Origin: Phoronis australis
Taxonomy: Eukaryota; Animalia; Phoronida
DNA length: 64,000 nucleotides
NCBI GenBank assembly: GCA_002633005.1
Contig: NMRA01000169.1
Location: 154,397 to 218,396, forward strand
Direction: 5' to 3'
A program made the translations under genes and the position numbers. The stretch's first letter is position 1; the number at the start of each line of letters is the position of its first letter. The notes under the pieces were generated by a model, which was not told the origin of the DNA, did no database searches, and saw nothing but the letters and a program-made list of their open reading frames with translations. Positions 50,235 to 63,678 of the stretch are shown here, in pieces.

Positions 50235-51265
50235 CTGGCAATACAAAAAGGAAAGGAATGGTGACCATTTTATCAGAGATGCACACCTCCCATTAGCAAT
50301 GGAGTGTGGGAAATCACTCGCCACAGTTGACAAGGTCCAATACCAATGGAGGATTGAACAAGAACAAAGACACATAGCTGCATTCTGCACAACTAAGACT
50401 CACATTAGATTGCTCTTGTGGCAAGAGATGCATTGGAAATGTAAACAGTGAATCAGATTCAATCCCACAATTCATCATTCCACACTGACATACCAATCAC
50501 TTCAATGGCCCCATTTTGTAAAGATAGGCTAGTAATTTCTGAGCATATTCATGAAACGCTCGCCTCGCACTCGTGTGATATTGCAAGGTCTGGTGGAGTC
50601 ATGCTTTTCTCGTAAGAAATTTGGGTCTACAAAATGACAAAGTCTCAAAATGAACAAAGAGATCGCGGGAAAAGAGCAAGATGTGTCTTAAAGTTGTCAA
50701 GTTCGAGATTTATGCCAAAATTGAATATTTTTGACATCCTTTTGTTTGCTAGTGCCATGAAGGATTTGTTTCAGAATGAAAATAATTGTGTTGCTATGGT
50801 ATAGAACTGTTACTTCCATATCCCGAGTGGTAAAAGGACTTGTTTATAATTTGGTTTTAAGGAATGAAAATGTCTCGTACAAATACAGTTGCATCCTATT
50901 TACAGTAAAAATTTTCTAATTTTGGAGTCTCTGAAATTTGATACTTTGAAACATAAGTTAGTCAAAATCTAATTTTTTAGACTGAGGCATGCACAATTTG
51001 ACATTAAAATTTAAAATGTTTCTAAAAATCAGACATCAATGTATTTTGCATCTGCTCAACAAAGTTTTACATAAAATTGTCAAAGATAGCTGCCAAACAT
51101 AATATTCGTGTTTTTTGGGAATTTGGGACAGCCGAAATTACTCAAAGACATTTTCTAAATTTCGCAATGAGCTCCGACCTTTAGCAAAATAAATTATTTT
51201 TCACTGAGCCAAACTGGAGAATTTTTACCAGTGACAATACCACCAACTTGTGGTGCTGTACATAC

Positions 51266-51462
51266 ATGGCAGCAAACCATCCAGTTTCAGGATCATCTGA
51301 TGAAAGAAGTTCCGTCAGTGTTCTTAGCACCTCATCAATGTGACTGTTGCCGAGGAGACGCGCATGCCCGTCAATGCTAGTTGCTAGGCAACTCAGAGCA
51401 AAGCAAGCATTCTTGCTTGAACCTGGATCTGTACAGCACAGCATCTTGGCAAGATTTGAGAT
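51266..51462 (-). CDS. ARM-FN3 protein exon (ARM-like repeats)
   Basis: NLAKML...SKNACFALSCLA...GHARLL...LTELL...TGWFAAM; phase 0-2. Confidence 0.9.
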
Positions 51463-51902
51463 CTGCAGAGAAAGTGTTTTATAGTGTTTAACTTGTTGTT
51501 TAGTAACAGCAGAGTGGTTAGGAGTGAGGGCAACTGAAATCTGTTTCAACAAAAAAAAAGTTTAAAAATAAGGATATCCCAAAACTTATTCTCAAAAATT
51601 GGCTGCTTCTACAATTTTACATATTTTTTGTAAAATACCTTATCTTTATTCTCGGGCAACTTCAAATAAAAAATATACCATTTGCCAAGAAAGAAGATTT
51701 AGGAGAACCTTCTTGAACAGGATGGAAATTTGTCATAGTCAAAGGTTACAGAGCTGTCATTCAAATCAAATCTTCCGCTAGACAAAGCACAGTTTATGCA
51801 TCCTCAGTCCTTTCTTTCATCGAGTCACCATAATATTGAGTCAACGTGTACATAGCAATGATGACGCCAAAAACGGCAAAACATAGTTTTGAGCCTGAGG
51901 GC

Positions 51903-52277
51903 ATTGTGTGTCTGCATGTATACAACCGTAGTGTGTCTGCATGTATACGACCGTTGTGCGTCTGCATGTATGTGACCGTTGTGCGTCTGCATGTATACGA
52001 CCCTTTTGCGTCTCCATGTAAAATTATATGATCGTTGTCCTCTGTATCTATACGACTGTTGTGCGTCAGCATGTATACAACCGTAGTGTGTCTGCATGTA
52101 TACGACCGTTGTGCGTCTGCATGTATGTGACCGTTGTGCGTCTGCATGTATACGACCCTTTTGCGTCTCCATGTAAAATTATATGATCGTTGTCCTCTGT
52201 ATGTATACGACTGTTGTGCGTCTGCATGTATACGACCATTGTGCGTCTGCATGTATACGACCGTTGTGCGTCTGCAA
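51903..52277. repeat. 25-bp minisatellite with a 155-bp higher-order duplication
   Basis: Unit GTGCGTCTGCATGTATACGACCGTT; variant block CCATGTAAAATTATATG at 52014 and 52169. Confidence 0.95.
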
Positions 52278-53693
52278 TGAAAGCACCATGTCCTAGTCGC
52301 CATACCGCCTCTGACTTACTGTTCAGGAAAACAAATCCTCACCGAAATTCATTAATTTGATTTAGTAATTTAACACTTCACTACGATTTCTATTGCCCAT
52401 TTCGCACTTGGTTTCTTGATACCAGTCACCCCAAGGCGTGATATGTTTCACAATGAACTGTTGACCTAATTAATTGCTGGCCCTATCTTTGACTTACTTT
52501 GACTCAAGGTACATTCACAAAATTAAAATAATGTTTTAGTGACAATTAAGTAAATTACGCACAACTAATTCAGCTCACAAGGAGAGTGAATGTTGAAATA
52601 GCGAACAACACAGTTAAGGCATGTATAGATTTTATTGACAAAAAGAAACAAGTTTTCACTTAATAATTAAGCAATAACTCTTAGATTTTATAGACTCGCA
52701 ACGTTTCCCGCTATTTTTCGACTTCGGCAAATCCACTTAATTTGAGCTTAGGAACACAAGTTCTAGAAAATGGCTAAGTGAATTTCACTGAAATTTTCCA
52801 ATTTTAATATTTTATTCATCAATCTCAAAAAGCTATTACATGTTCCTTTTCAACGCCTAGTCATTACGAATCAGTCTCCTGGACAGTTAAAATCAAGAAA
52901 TTTCCAACAACACAATCTGATGATCTGGTATCATGTTGGATTAAACTTGACAAACAAGGCTATTGTATTGGTACACAGTGCTGTGGTAGTAAGTGGGTCA
53001 GAGCTTGCAGTCACATAGTGGAATCACCAGGTAAACGTTTGGTCTAATTTCTCTGAAAGTCAACTGTTTTTCTCCGTTCAAAGTTTTTTGGTGATAGTAT
53101 TTCATACAAAATACATCTTCTTCAAGACATTTGTTGAATGTCGTTTGGAAATAGTATTTTTAAGTATCGGTTAGCGTCAGGCGCACTGTTTACAATTGCT
53201 GGATTACCTGAGCTTATCAGATGGGCACAGACAAGACAGCTGGACTATGTAAACATTGGTTTGCCAACTTTCTCCCTTACTATCACTCTCAAACTGATAA
53301 CTACACGACTTTATCCCAACTACCCCATCAGTGAATCAGGATACTCATTTCACAGCACTGGTGCCTAACATTTCCGTACCGTAAAATAGACATATACAAC
53401 TACTATAATTATTATCTAAAAATACCATACGATTTGCAACTTAATTTGGCATAGAAATAAAACTAAATAAGAAATTGCAATGCCTAATAGCTAAGTATTT
53501 TTGAGGTAAATTGTGAAGTTTTCATTTAAAAAGGATTCCATTCCAAGTGGTTATTTGCTACAGGGCTGATGTACCTTTCTAAAAAATGAAATTTTGACTT
53601 AAAAAAGGTGGAAATGTAACAAATATGGCAAAGAAATATAAAACATCTTTTTAAATTCTCTGATTTTTTCATTCACCATTATATACCATTATA

Positions 53694-53735
53694 TGTGTGT
53701 GTGTGTGCGTGTGTGTGTGTGACTGTGTATGTGTA
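53694..53735. repeat. (GT)n microsatellite
   Basis: Direct reading. Confidence 0.9.
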
Positions 53736-55329
53736 CTTTTACTAGTGGACATCCTCTATTTTTGATACATGAGTTAGAATGAAGGTCACTAATTATAAAA
53801 TAAGGTTTGAAATATCACAAAAAGACTGCTTCTGGGTTAAAGATTTCAAGAAACATGAAGGCCATAAGAACTGCCAACTGCCAAGAAACAATGCTGACTA
53901 CATTAATTTTATTTTTATAAAAACAATCTTCCTCACAATTTTAGATTTTCATCAGATTTTTAAGCAGTAAGTTTTAAAATATTTTTATACTTAATATCAT
54001 ACTTTTGCTAAAGTTACACAAACGGCAGAGCGAAAAAAGTGTAATACCAAAGTACGGAGGTCTTCATCCTAAAATGTCTATGGAGCAAGTGTAGTACTCT
54101 CAAAAATAAAGTTTTATGAGTTTTCAGCAGGAAATTTTCTGGACGTGCTGTTTTTTTGACGCTACATGCTGCGAAAACTGTTCAAGCTGATGAAACTAAA
54201 TACCTTCAGAACACAGCTGGAAAATTTGACCAAATGTGTAAAAATGTATCACACACAAAAGTCAGCCTGCTAGACAACTAGTGTCAAAACAAACTAAACC
54301 AAGTAATTGCAAAAACCAACACGCTTTACTAGATGATCAATCATCCAGTTTGTTAAGGAAGAAAATTTAACAACACATCAAACTCAACATCAATTCAATA
54401 TTTGCTCAGTGTCAACTAACCAAACATGGCTCAATATACTTGGGATATATTCATCACTTTAATATTTAGTTACACGGCCTGACTGACATGATCGTAACTC
54501 AACAGACAGAGTAGCTTCAATATCTCTATGGCAACGCTGTTTGGCTTACAAATAGAGGCATAAATTTGGTCAAGATCAAAAGCTGTTCAATTGATTATCT
54601 GAAATGTGATATTATGGTTTGGCAATTGAAAGCCTGCTTCAAGTACAAGCTCTTGATACAAGTCATTACATAGATTTGACAAGTGGCTTCAGTTAGGTAT
54701 GGCAGTCTAAAATATTAGAAGTGCCCACTGGCTGCAGTAATAAGTACACTTTTTATGTAATCTATGTCACTATAATGAGAGTGGTCCTGCACACCCCCAG
54801 CTCACAACAACTGCAGGGCTCAGTGCTTAGCATGTGATCAACCACCCAGATTAGACCAGGTAAAATTCCTAAGTAACTAAACGGGAAACACATGTATGGT
54901 CACAAGAAAACAATGAATAAAGACACAATGTATGCAGAAATGTGTTGGCCAGAGAAACACATATACATGCAGTTGGCACAAGGGATATTTGATGTAATGA
55001 ACTGGACAAAATCTTTGTCAAAATGTGACACCATCTTCTTACTTCCCCGTCACATTTTGCACGCTAGCAATTTGGCAGTTTTATTAGGTCATCAAACAAA
55101 ATTTGAGGATGTATTGGCGACCTTCAGGTCGTGCAAGTCGCCAAAATGAGCCCTACTAAGTGACTATCAGATTGGGCGAATGTATATTTCAAAGGCGAGA
55201 ATTCATTTATTTTTGTTTCACTCCAGATTAAATTTTGAGGCAAAGTTCCATAAAATAACCATTTACATGTCACTCAAACTATGAACTTAATCGCAAAATC
55301 AGCATAGATAGAATACAATGTCCAATCGC

Positions 55330-55910
55330 ATGACATGACACAATTATAGGACTGCTCAATGATACAGATGTAGAGCTGCATAATGACAGAAATGTAAACA
55401 GGCATAAAGACACGAATGTAGGACTGCACAATGATAGAAATGTAGAGCAGAATAATGACACAAATGTAGGACTGCATAATGACACAAATGTAGGACTGTA
55501 TAATGACACAAATGTAGGACTGAATAATGACACAAATTTAGGACTGCATAATGACACAAATGTAGGACTGCATAATGACACAAATGTAGGACTGCATAAT
55601 GACAATAATGTAGGACTGAATAATGACACAAATTTAGGACTGCATAATGACACAAATGTAGGACTGTAGAATGACAAAAATGTAGACAGGCATAAAGACA
55701 TGAATGTAGGACTGCACAATGATAGAAATGTAGAGCAGAATAATGACACAAATGTAGGACTGCATAATGACAAAAATGTAGGACTGGATAATGACACAAA
55801 TTTAGGACTGCATAATGACACAAATGGAGGACTGCATAATGATACAAATAAAGGACTTAATAATGACACCAACGTAGGACAACAAGATGATAAAAATGTA
55901 GGACTGGCCA
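55330..55910. repeat. 24-bp minisatellite (~24 copies) with a 288-bp higher-order duplication
   Basis: Unit AATGACACAAATGTAGGACTGCAT; variant block ACAGGCATAAAGACA..AATG..CACAATGATAGAAATGTAGAGCAG at ~55391 and ~55679. Confidence 0.97.
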
Positions 55911-56116
55911 CAGTACTACCATATAAATGAACAATTTAGTGTTAACTTGCCTTATAGTAGAATTTGATACTTTGTGACAGTTGCAAAACAACTGAACATT
56001 GTTATTTTGTGAAAAGGGACACCACAAAGTAGTAGTGATATTACCAACACAGAGCTCAAAATACTTACATTGTACAGTAATTAATCCATAAAGCCTACAA
56101 ACAAACTAATCCTTAC

Positions 56117-56211
56117 CATTTTTTCAGACTCTGGTAACCCAAGTAAGCGTTTCCGTCCTTCGTCAATGTCACATATTCGACCAATAGCAAAGGCTGCATT
56201 CATCCCTTTGC
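56117..56211 (-). CDS. ARM-FN3 protein exon (ARM-like)
   Basis: KGMNAAFAIGRICDIDEGRKRLL; tctAG and GTAAGG, phase 1-0. Confidence 0.88.
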
Positions 56212-57403
56212 CTAGACACCAGAAAACATAATTCAGTATCAAGCCGATCTCTGCCTGTTCTCCATCTATGACAACAAACAACATCAAGAACAAGGTAAAA
56301 ATGCTCTAACTGTAAACTAAAATAAAGTTTGCAACCATTATTTACTGCCAAACTCATCGCGTAAGATGTAGTTCATGTTTTTCGACTCGAGTCTCAACTT
56401 TACTAAATGAAATCTTAACTATCAAACCTCACTGGGTAGCTAATAGCATAACGGTGCATTATGGGTGAACACAGAGTGTAAACATCTACTAGGCTAATTT
56501 CAATTGCTGATATTCAACATTTATGAATCAAAGTTATTGACATGACTGAATATGCACTAGGAGTGAAGACTAAAAGTCTGTGAATTTCTCATCAGAAAAT
56601 GATTTAAGATGAATGGTATTTATAGTAGCTGTAAAAATACAAAATTTTATTGCTAGTAATGGAATTGCATTTATTTGAATGTACAAATTAATATCTATGC
56701 AATAAAAACCCAGGCTGCAGCAAAAACAGATAAACAAAGGTTTATTGAGTCAAGCACAGAATGCTGCAACGTTTTGTACGTGCCACTTAATTGTAATGGA
56801 CATATTTATCACTCCGTAGTGAAAATACCAACGGTCAAATCTCACAAATTTATAACACAATATGGTGAACAACAGAAATGTTATTTTCCTCATTTTTTCT
56901 GTACGTTAATGATTTTCCATATTCAGGTTCTGTACCAAGATAGGTACTATCAGGTAGTTTTTGGAATATCTGTGGATATTCGCAATAATATTAGAAGCCC
57001 TTGAAAAATAAAAAGGGCAACTTTTGCGATTATTTTTATCTGAAATGGTGAGATTTTAGCGTCACTCTTTGCAAAATGCATTCTAAATTCCCTTTTGCTT
57101 GAGCATAACGTTTTACAAAACAGAGAAAACTTCAAAAGATTGCAAAAAACCTCAACTTGGTTTATAATTGTGCTGATATAAATCAGCATGTCGATGCAGT
57201 ACAAGTAAGAATTATTAGTCTTCATAGTTACACACTGTTGGCCATATTGCATGACAAGTGCCACGTTCATACCCGTCGCAATCTTTTCAGACTTAACTTT
57301 AGGACACACGATGTGACCAATATATGGCACGTAAGAAGATTAATAACTTTTTTGTTGTTTCTTCTTTGAAACATTAATGTTTTTTACTCATGAAATAATC
57401 AAC

Positions 57404-57504
57404 CTGCTTCGTCGACTCCTAGTGACCCCACCAGCCTAGTGAGAATGTGACTTGAAAGTTCATGGTTGAGCAGCTTGCAACATCCCTCCTCAGCAATAGT
57501 GATT
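57404..57504 (-). CDS. ARM-FN3 protein exon (ARM-like)
   Basis: ITIAEEGCCKLLNHELSSHILTRLVGSL; cctacAG, phase 2-1. Confidence 0.87.
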
Positions 57505-58229
57505 CTGTAGGAAATAAGTCAGTGTACAGTAAGATGCATATTACAAACCAGGCACTGCACATTATGTATATGACACCTGACGGGCGGTATTTTTAATAAG
57601 ATTTAACAAATTGTTGCTGAGGATGTTTAGACTTAGTAAGTGGACGAACACCTTCAACAAAATAAAAAATTGAATTAATGAAAATAGGTCTGAAATTGTT
57701 CACTTTAGAATTTGTAATGAACTTTCAATGAGAAGATGTCAATCATATGTTTTGAATATATGTCAAGCAGTCTTACCAACACTTAGATTTGCGTTAAAGC
57801 ATGCACTACATATTACACTCTAACAAAACATTGGCTGACAATCAACAAGATACTGACAACTAACTTTTAAAAAAGTCAATTGAATGAACAACTGCAAACA
57901 CTCATTACTAAGGAAAAAAATATTCAACAAAGAAGCGTGACTTCAAAAAGTAAAAAAATGATAGTTATAGAGCATCTTAAAAATAATTGGACAAGATTGC
58001 AGTCCTACGTGTCAACTTGGCTTACAAATGAAGGGGAGTGACACGTCATATCTAATAACAACCCCACAGCATTAGCTTCCAATTTAATTCCCAGATATTT
58101 CTGACCATAGAAAATTATTACTAAAGCAATAAATTGCATTTACTAGCACCCAGCCAACAAATTCTACATCATTTAGTCATGGTGAATGGTGCACGCTGCA
58201 GATACAAGAGATAACAGGACTATATTCAC

Positions 58230-58360
58230 CTGGCTAGAACAAGAGCCGCATTGCTTGCTGTCCATTGGTTGTCATTAGTCAGCAAGTTTGTCACATTGAT
58301 GATGGTCTGTGCAAAACACGGCTCCGCTAACATCCACGTACGTCCCTCAGGTGATTCAGC
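58230..58360 (-). CDS. ARM-FN3 protein exon (ARM-like)
   Basis: AESPEGRTWML...VTNLL...TASNAALVLAR; ctctcAG and GTGAAT, phase 0-2. Confidence 0.88.
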
Positions 58361-58871
58361 CTGAGAGCAAAACAAAGTTGGTTACATGACAGACATGAAG
58401 CAAGCCAAATAGATTGCATGTGGTTAGGTAACTAAGCCACATGATACCTGCATATGCCACATGAGGATTGATTACACTCACCACTTGATAGGATCAAAAT
58501 CAAAGTTTCAATTTATTAAGCCACAAGCAGCATAATATTTGAAAACTTGTGTTTTGATATTGACACCTTGTTAGAGACTTTAACAAGGGCAGTTTACACA
58601 GAGGTTTAAATTTTACCTGGAAAATACCATGAATCAATAATTGCTTGAAGGGATTGACTCATCACGTCAAAACTAATTTAATGCAGCAGTTTGAGAGTTT
58701 AATATTTGATATGACCTAACTAGTGCTGCGTAGCTCCTTAAAACACATGCATTACAGAAACTGAAACAAAATAAAGCGACATTATCCATGTCTTGGAATG
58801 ACCAATGTCAAAAATGAGGAAAATTTTACAGGTGATATATCGTTCCACAAATAGGCTTGTATAATTATATA

Positions 58872-59721
58872 CCGTAATCGTTCGGGTTAACGCCCATGCC
58901 CAGTTAACCGCCCACCCCTACTTTAGGTGGATTTTCGATTTAACCGCCCACTGCTCGGTTAACCGCCCCCCTGCTATTTTTGAAGATTTCCAATTAAGCG
59001 CCCACCTCTCGGTTAAGCGCCCATCCCCTACTTTTGACGATTGGTGATTACCGCCCTGTGCTAATAGGAAACGCGAATCCCCGACCTTTTAGATTAAGAT
59101 CGATGATAACATTGAGTGCAACGACGGCCTCAGAGACCGCGGTTTAGCAATGTGAATTATGATACCAGTAACAAATTATTGTAACGGGTCATCGATTAAC
59201 TTCAAAATGTAATACTTGAACACTTTGTCACTTTCTTTTCTTCTCATGTTCGCAAACTTTAGGAACCGCGCTGGCGTCTACANNNNNNNNNNNNNNNNNN
59301 NNNNNNNNNNNNNNNNNNNNNNNNNNNNNNNNNNNNNNNNNNNNNNNNNNNNNNNNNNNNNNNNNNNNNNNNNNNNNNNNNNNNNNNNNNNNNNNNNNNN
59401 NNNNNNNNNNNNNNNNNNNNNNNNNNNNNNNNNNNNNNNNNNNNNNNNNNNNNNNNNNNNNNNNNNNNNNNNNNNNNNNNNNNNNNNNNNNNNNNNNNNN
59501 NNNNNNNNNNNNNNNNNNNNNNNNNNNNNNNNNNNNNNNNNNNNNNNNNNNNNNNNNNNNNNNNNNNNNNNNNNNNNNNNNNNNNNNNNNNNNNNNNNNN
59601 NNNNNNNNNNNNGATTTCTTGAAATTTCACGTTTAAGCGCCCATGTCTGGTTAACCGCCCACCCCCGATTTTTTGGGTTCGCCAATTTAACCGCCCAGGG
59701 CGTTAACCCGAACGATTACGG
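58872..59721. mobile_element. TA-flanked MITE (Tc1/mariner-pogo type) spanning an assembly gap
   Basis: TA|CCGTAATCGTTCGGGTTAACGCCC ... GGGCGTTAACCCGAACGATTACGG|TA, a perfect 24-bp TIR; multiple subterminal TTAA(C/G)CGCCC repeats. Confidence 0.9.
59283..59612. other. Assembly gap (N run)
   Basis: Run of n. Confidence 1.
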
Positions 59722-60988
59722 TAGAAACATCTGTTGTGATGTGAAATTCAACTGAAATAAGGTTTTTGTATGAATAATCTAAATAACGATGAAAAAGAGA
59801 TCAAAAATAGGAAGCTGGAAATCAAATAAAAGGGAGTAAAAAACCAAACAAAGGAATCATCTTAAAGAAGAAAAGTCCAAACCCTGATTATAGGTGAGGA
59901 AAGTGGTTTAATGAGATTATCTTCAGCACAGATTCGAACCTTGAAACTTCACAGTTCAATCAAATGCTTTGCTAAGTTAAATCCCACTCAATACTAGTAA
60001 ATGTGAGAGTAGTTTAAGTGTATATAACTAGTGAAGTCACTGAGATTTCAGCTAATGTCTGGCAGACAATATGGATTAACGCAACTGCAAAAATGAATGC
60101 ATTTTGTTGTGTTATAACTCTGGCCAAAGGTAACAACTTCAAAAGTCCATACTATCTAACAATAATACCAGTGATGCCTTTTTGTGCCTTACACTGACAA
60201 ATGTCCTCTTAAATAACTCACCAGCTAGCCAGCCACCTATTTTCAAAATATAGCTAAGAAATAATTGTATGTTAAGCTCCAACAAACCTCGAAATTTCAC
60301 ACAGCCCGGGTAGTTCTGCAAGTCACCTTGTTGTAAAACTAATGTCAACATATAGAGCTAATGACCAGTGGGGGTGCACCCAAAATCTGCCAATAACCGA
60401 CACTCACCTTGCCCGTTGCAGCCATTTAAGCAATAAACAATCTAAACAACGTCATTTTCTTGACAATTTTCTGCCTTTAGAAACAAAGAAAAGTCTATCA
60501 ATGTTTTGAAAACAGTAAGCCTGTGACACACGCACGCACCATTTCCAACTTTTTGCGACATCTCTTAGAAGATGAACGGAGCTTTGCAGCAGCACAGTTT
60601 ATTCCGAAATTTGGTCTGCTGGTATTAAAATGATAAAATCTTACAATGAAATGAAACCAGTTCCCATAGTTGGTTGAAACATGTACGCAACTTCATGGAA
60701 GAACACTCGGTTGATTGAAGAATCGGTGAAAAAAGAACCTGGCGAGGTGATGGTGTATTTCACAGCGTCGAAAGCTGAATGCACATGATCACTCCACACC
60801 TCGAGCAGCAGAATAACAGTTGAGACCCAATTTTTCTAAAACCGGACAATAATTTACTTTACTCAAAAAGCAGTGTAATTTTTAATGACACTAGTTTTGT
60901 GTCAGATTTTATTTGGTCATTTTTTTTACCCACACTGGGGGAAGCTGTATAATTATTTTGTGAACAGTTTTGCACCAAGGCTACTCAC

Positions 60989-61175
60989 CAGCGTACCCAT
61001 GGTCCCGGCAGCATTCATCACAGACTCTGCATCTTCAAAGGTCAACATCTCCGTGAGGTCGCGGAGGATCTTGCGAGCCTCAGCATGACGTGAGTTGGTC
61101 AAGGCAATGACTCTCAAGCTGCCTACTTCACTCTCAGCAATAGTGCCCAAGATGTAGGCCGAATTTCCAGCAACT
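60989..61175 (-). CDS. ARM-FN3 protein, most 5' exon found (gene 5'-incomplete)
   Basis: catttcAG, VAGNSAYILGTIAESEVG...ILRDLTEML...SVMNAAGTMGTL|GTGAGT; starts in phase 2, so upstream exons must exist. Confidence 0.88.
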
Positions 61176-61244
61176 CTGAAATGAAAGGGACTCTGAAGTT
61201 TACTTTTGGAGAATCATTTCAAATACTACAATTTTAAAATATTA

Positions 61245-61345
61245 CTTGAAGTGGCTGGAAACTCTCCATATAATTATTTGAAGTGGCAGGAAACTCCATA
61301 TAATATCACTTGAAGTAGCAGGAAACTCTCCATATAATATCACAA
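61245..61345. repeat. ~31-bp tandem repeat x3
   Basis: TTGAAGTGGC.GGAAACTC(TC)CATATAAT repeated. Confidence 0.85.
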
Positions 61346-63678
61346 ACACATTTTTTATTTGGAGCACTTATTGTTATAAAAATGTTTTCTCAGTTGTTTT
61401 CTTAATAGTAAATTTAGAAGTGATATCAGAGCTTCAAAAGATTTCAATTTCTTGAAGCTAAGTTCACTTCAAACCAGCATCAGTGTGACTTACTACCAGT
61501 CACTTCCTTTTTGCAGCCTTCTACACACCAAGCTAGTCTTTGTACGGAAAACTTATAACTTAGATTAAATCCCAAAAATTATATGCCCAAAAATGTATAC
61601 TGAACTGTTCATCCAAAACTCATTGCCGAGGAAAGAGGCACATGGATTTATATTGTGGATGAAACTGGAGTAAAATTACCATTACTAATCAAGGAGTTCA
61701 GCAAACATCAGGAACACATGGAAACAAAGATGTTGACTAAATTGAAACCTGAGTAGTACAGGACCACACTTTCAAACTATCATCAGTTTCACAGTATATC
61801 CTCAAAAAATGGTTAGTGCTGATGAAGAGGTGACAGGAGCCTCATGCGGTGTTATCAAAGTGCACAACTCAAGATTACAGTGCAAACAACTGTCAGGTTC
61901 AAAAATTAATAGTGGTGGTATTTTTACACCCTGGCATGACATATCAGCTCTGAACTAAAAAAACTTGATGTGGCCAACTGGGCTCGTATTATCTCTTAGT
62001 CTGAGTTGGCCATCCCTTTAATCATATGAGCTGTTAATTCCTCTAATGACAGAACATTCTTCAGTGGATATTTTTTGCTTTAAAAAACAACATCCAGTAA
62101 AAATAATACAAAATACAGATGCATGACTGGGATAACATGATGGGCAACAAATATGGTATTCAGGTACATGTAGGAGGAGCAACTTGTTAAGGGAAATAAC
62201 AGAAATAACAAGACACAAACTGTTTTGTACATGTAGGAACCAGTTCCTAGTGTACATGTAGCACTGGGATACAATAAAGGTGTCCACATTTTGAGACCTT
62301 TCATCTACCTCAATACCCAGCATCATACTTGTTCTTATAATGTGGGGACATTACATAACACTACCACTACCATTGTCAAGGGGATTAACGTCTCTTACAT
62401 GACAAAATATTTATTTATTTGATAAGCAAGGTGTTCATGTATCATCCAAATTGGAACCCCAGAGTAAAAAAGATATCCTGCAGTAGAAAACACACCCCGG
62501 CACCTTCAAAACAGCTAAGCAGCTCGAAAAACTTGAATCCTGACCTTTTGAACAGGAACCCAGGGGACAGGACTCATTTCGAAAGTACACCACTTCCCCC
62601 ACTTTCAGTCAAACATCGTTTATCCAAAGAAAAAAGAACTTCAGTACTTTCAAAGTGCTTGAAAACAGAGTCAATGTCACACAATCGAGTGGCCCATGCA
62701 GATGGGTAACGATGAACGATGATGAATACTATATCCCCCACTTGCACATTAAATTCTGACTTAAGTTCTAAAAAGTACAATTTTATAGTGACAAAGGTTC
62801 AACTAAACTGATAAATAATTTTTCCAAAAAATTGTTCAAGTCTAACAGAGTCATGTTTTTAAACAAAAAAGTCTGTCGAGAAATTGAAAAAAAACACACT
62901 GTAATATAATCTTGAAGTAAACCCAATTATTTTTAGATTTAAAACAGTATTGTTACAAGTAGTTACCAATATTCATGCTCCTTTATCTGTAATTCACATG
63001 TTTGGAGCTTTAGCAAACTACCATTTTGCTCAAAAGCTTAATTCCAACCTTACGAAAATTAATTAGCGGCTGGCCTAAATCAGTTGAAAATCTGTGACAA
63101 ATATTTGTCCGTTCTAAGGTCACATAAAGTTGTTTGTTACCCACCAGTTTACCAAGTGTACCTTAAATACACAAAAAGCATGTTAATAGGTCAACCAAAA
63201 TCTTTACAAAAACAAAAACACAACATTTCTATTGAATTGCTTTCCCTCCATTGGTGAACAGAAGGTGGTTGTACAAACTATTGTCACATGAAAATTTGCA
63301 GGCACAGATGACAAAATGGTAGAAGCCTTGGAAAAGTGAAAAAAGGGCAAATCTGACGCACACTTTTGTCCAAAATTGATGAGATTTTGCTGAATTATAC
63401 AGGAAACTGGTAGTTTAGTAATGACGCAATACAAATTTCTTGAGACTTTTTGCCTCTAGAATATATCTATAGAACATTTTTCACTTTCATACCTTACAGA
63501 CAACTTGCATATGTCATTGGTGGTTGGTCATGCTCAGTTGCAGTGGCATGGTTACATCGTAAGTTAAACACTGGCCTCACGCTAACCCTTGAGAAGCATT
63601 CATTTCGATACACAGTAATATTTCTCAAATTAAGAACAATGAAAAACTAATTATTATATACTGCCATCCCAAATTCAA

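Noticed and set aside
51794-52303. Repetitive ORFs of 115-169 aa
   Set aside because: Translations of the intronic 25-bp minisatellite
55279-55911. CRISPR-like array or 210-aa repeat protein
   Set aside because: Head-to-tail units with no unique spacers, no cas genes, and a eukaryotic intron context
60408-60474. Extra exon between 60989 and 58360 (strong GTGAGT donor)
   Set aside because: Weak AAG acceptor and an in-frame TAG; the flanking exons already join in phase
62419-62780. Short ORFs as upstream exons of the ARM-FN3 gene
   Set aside because: No convincing splice sites or ARM-like pattern; upstream exons probably lie beyond the window
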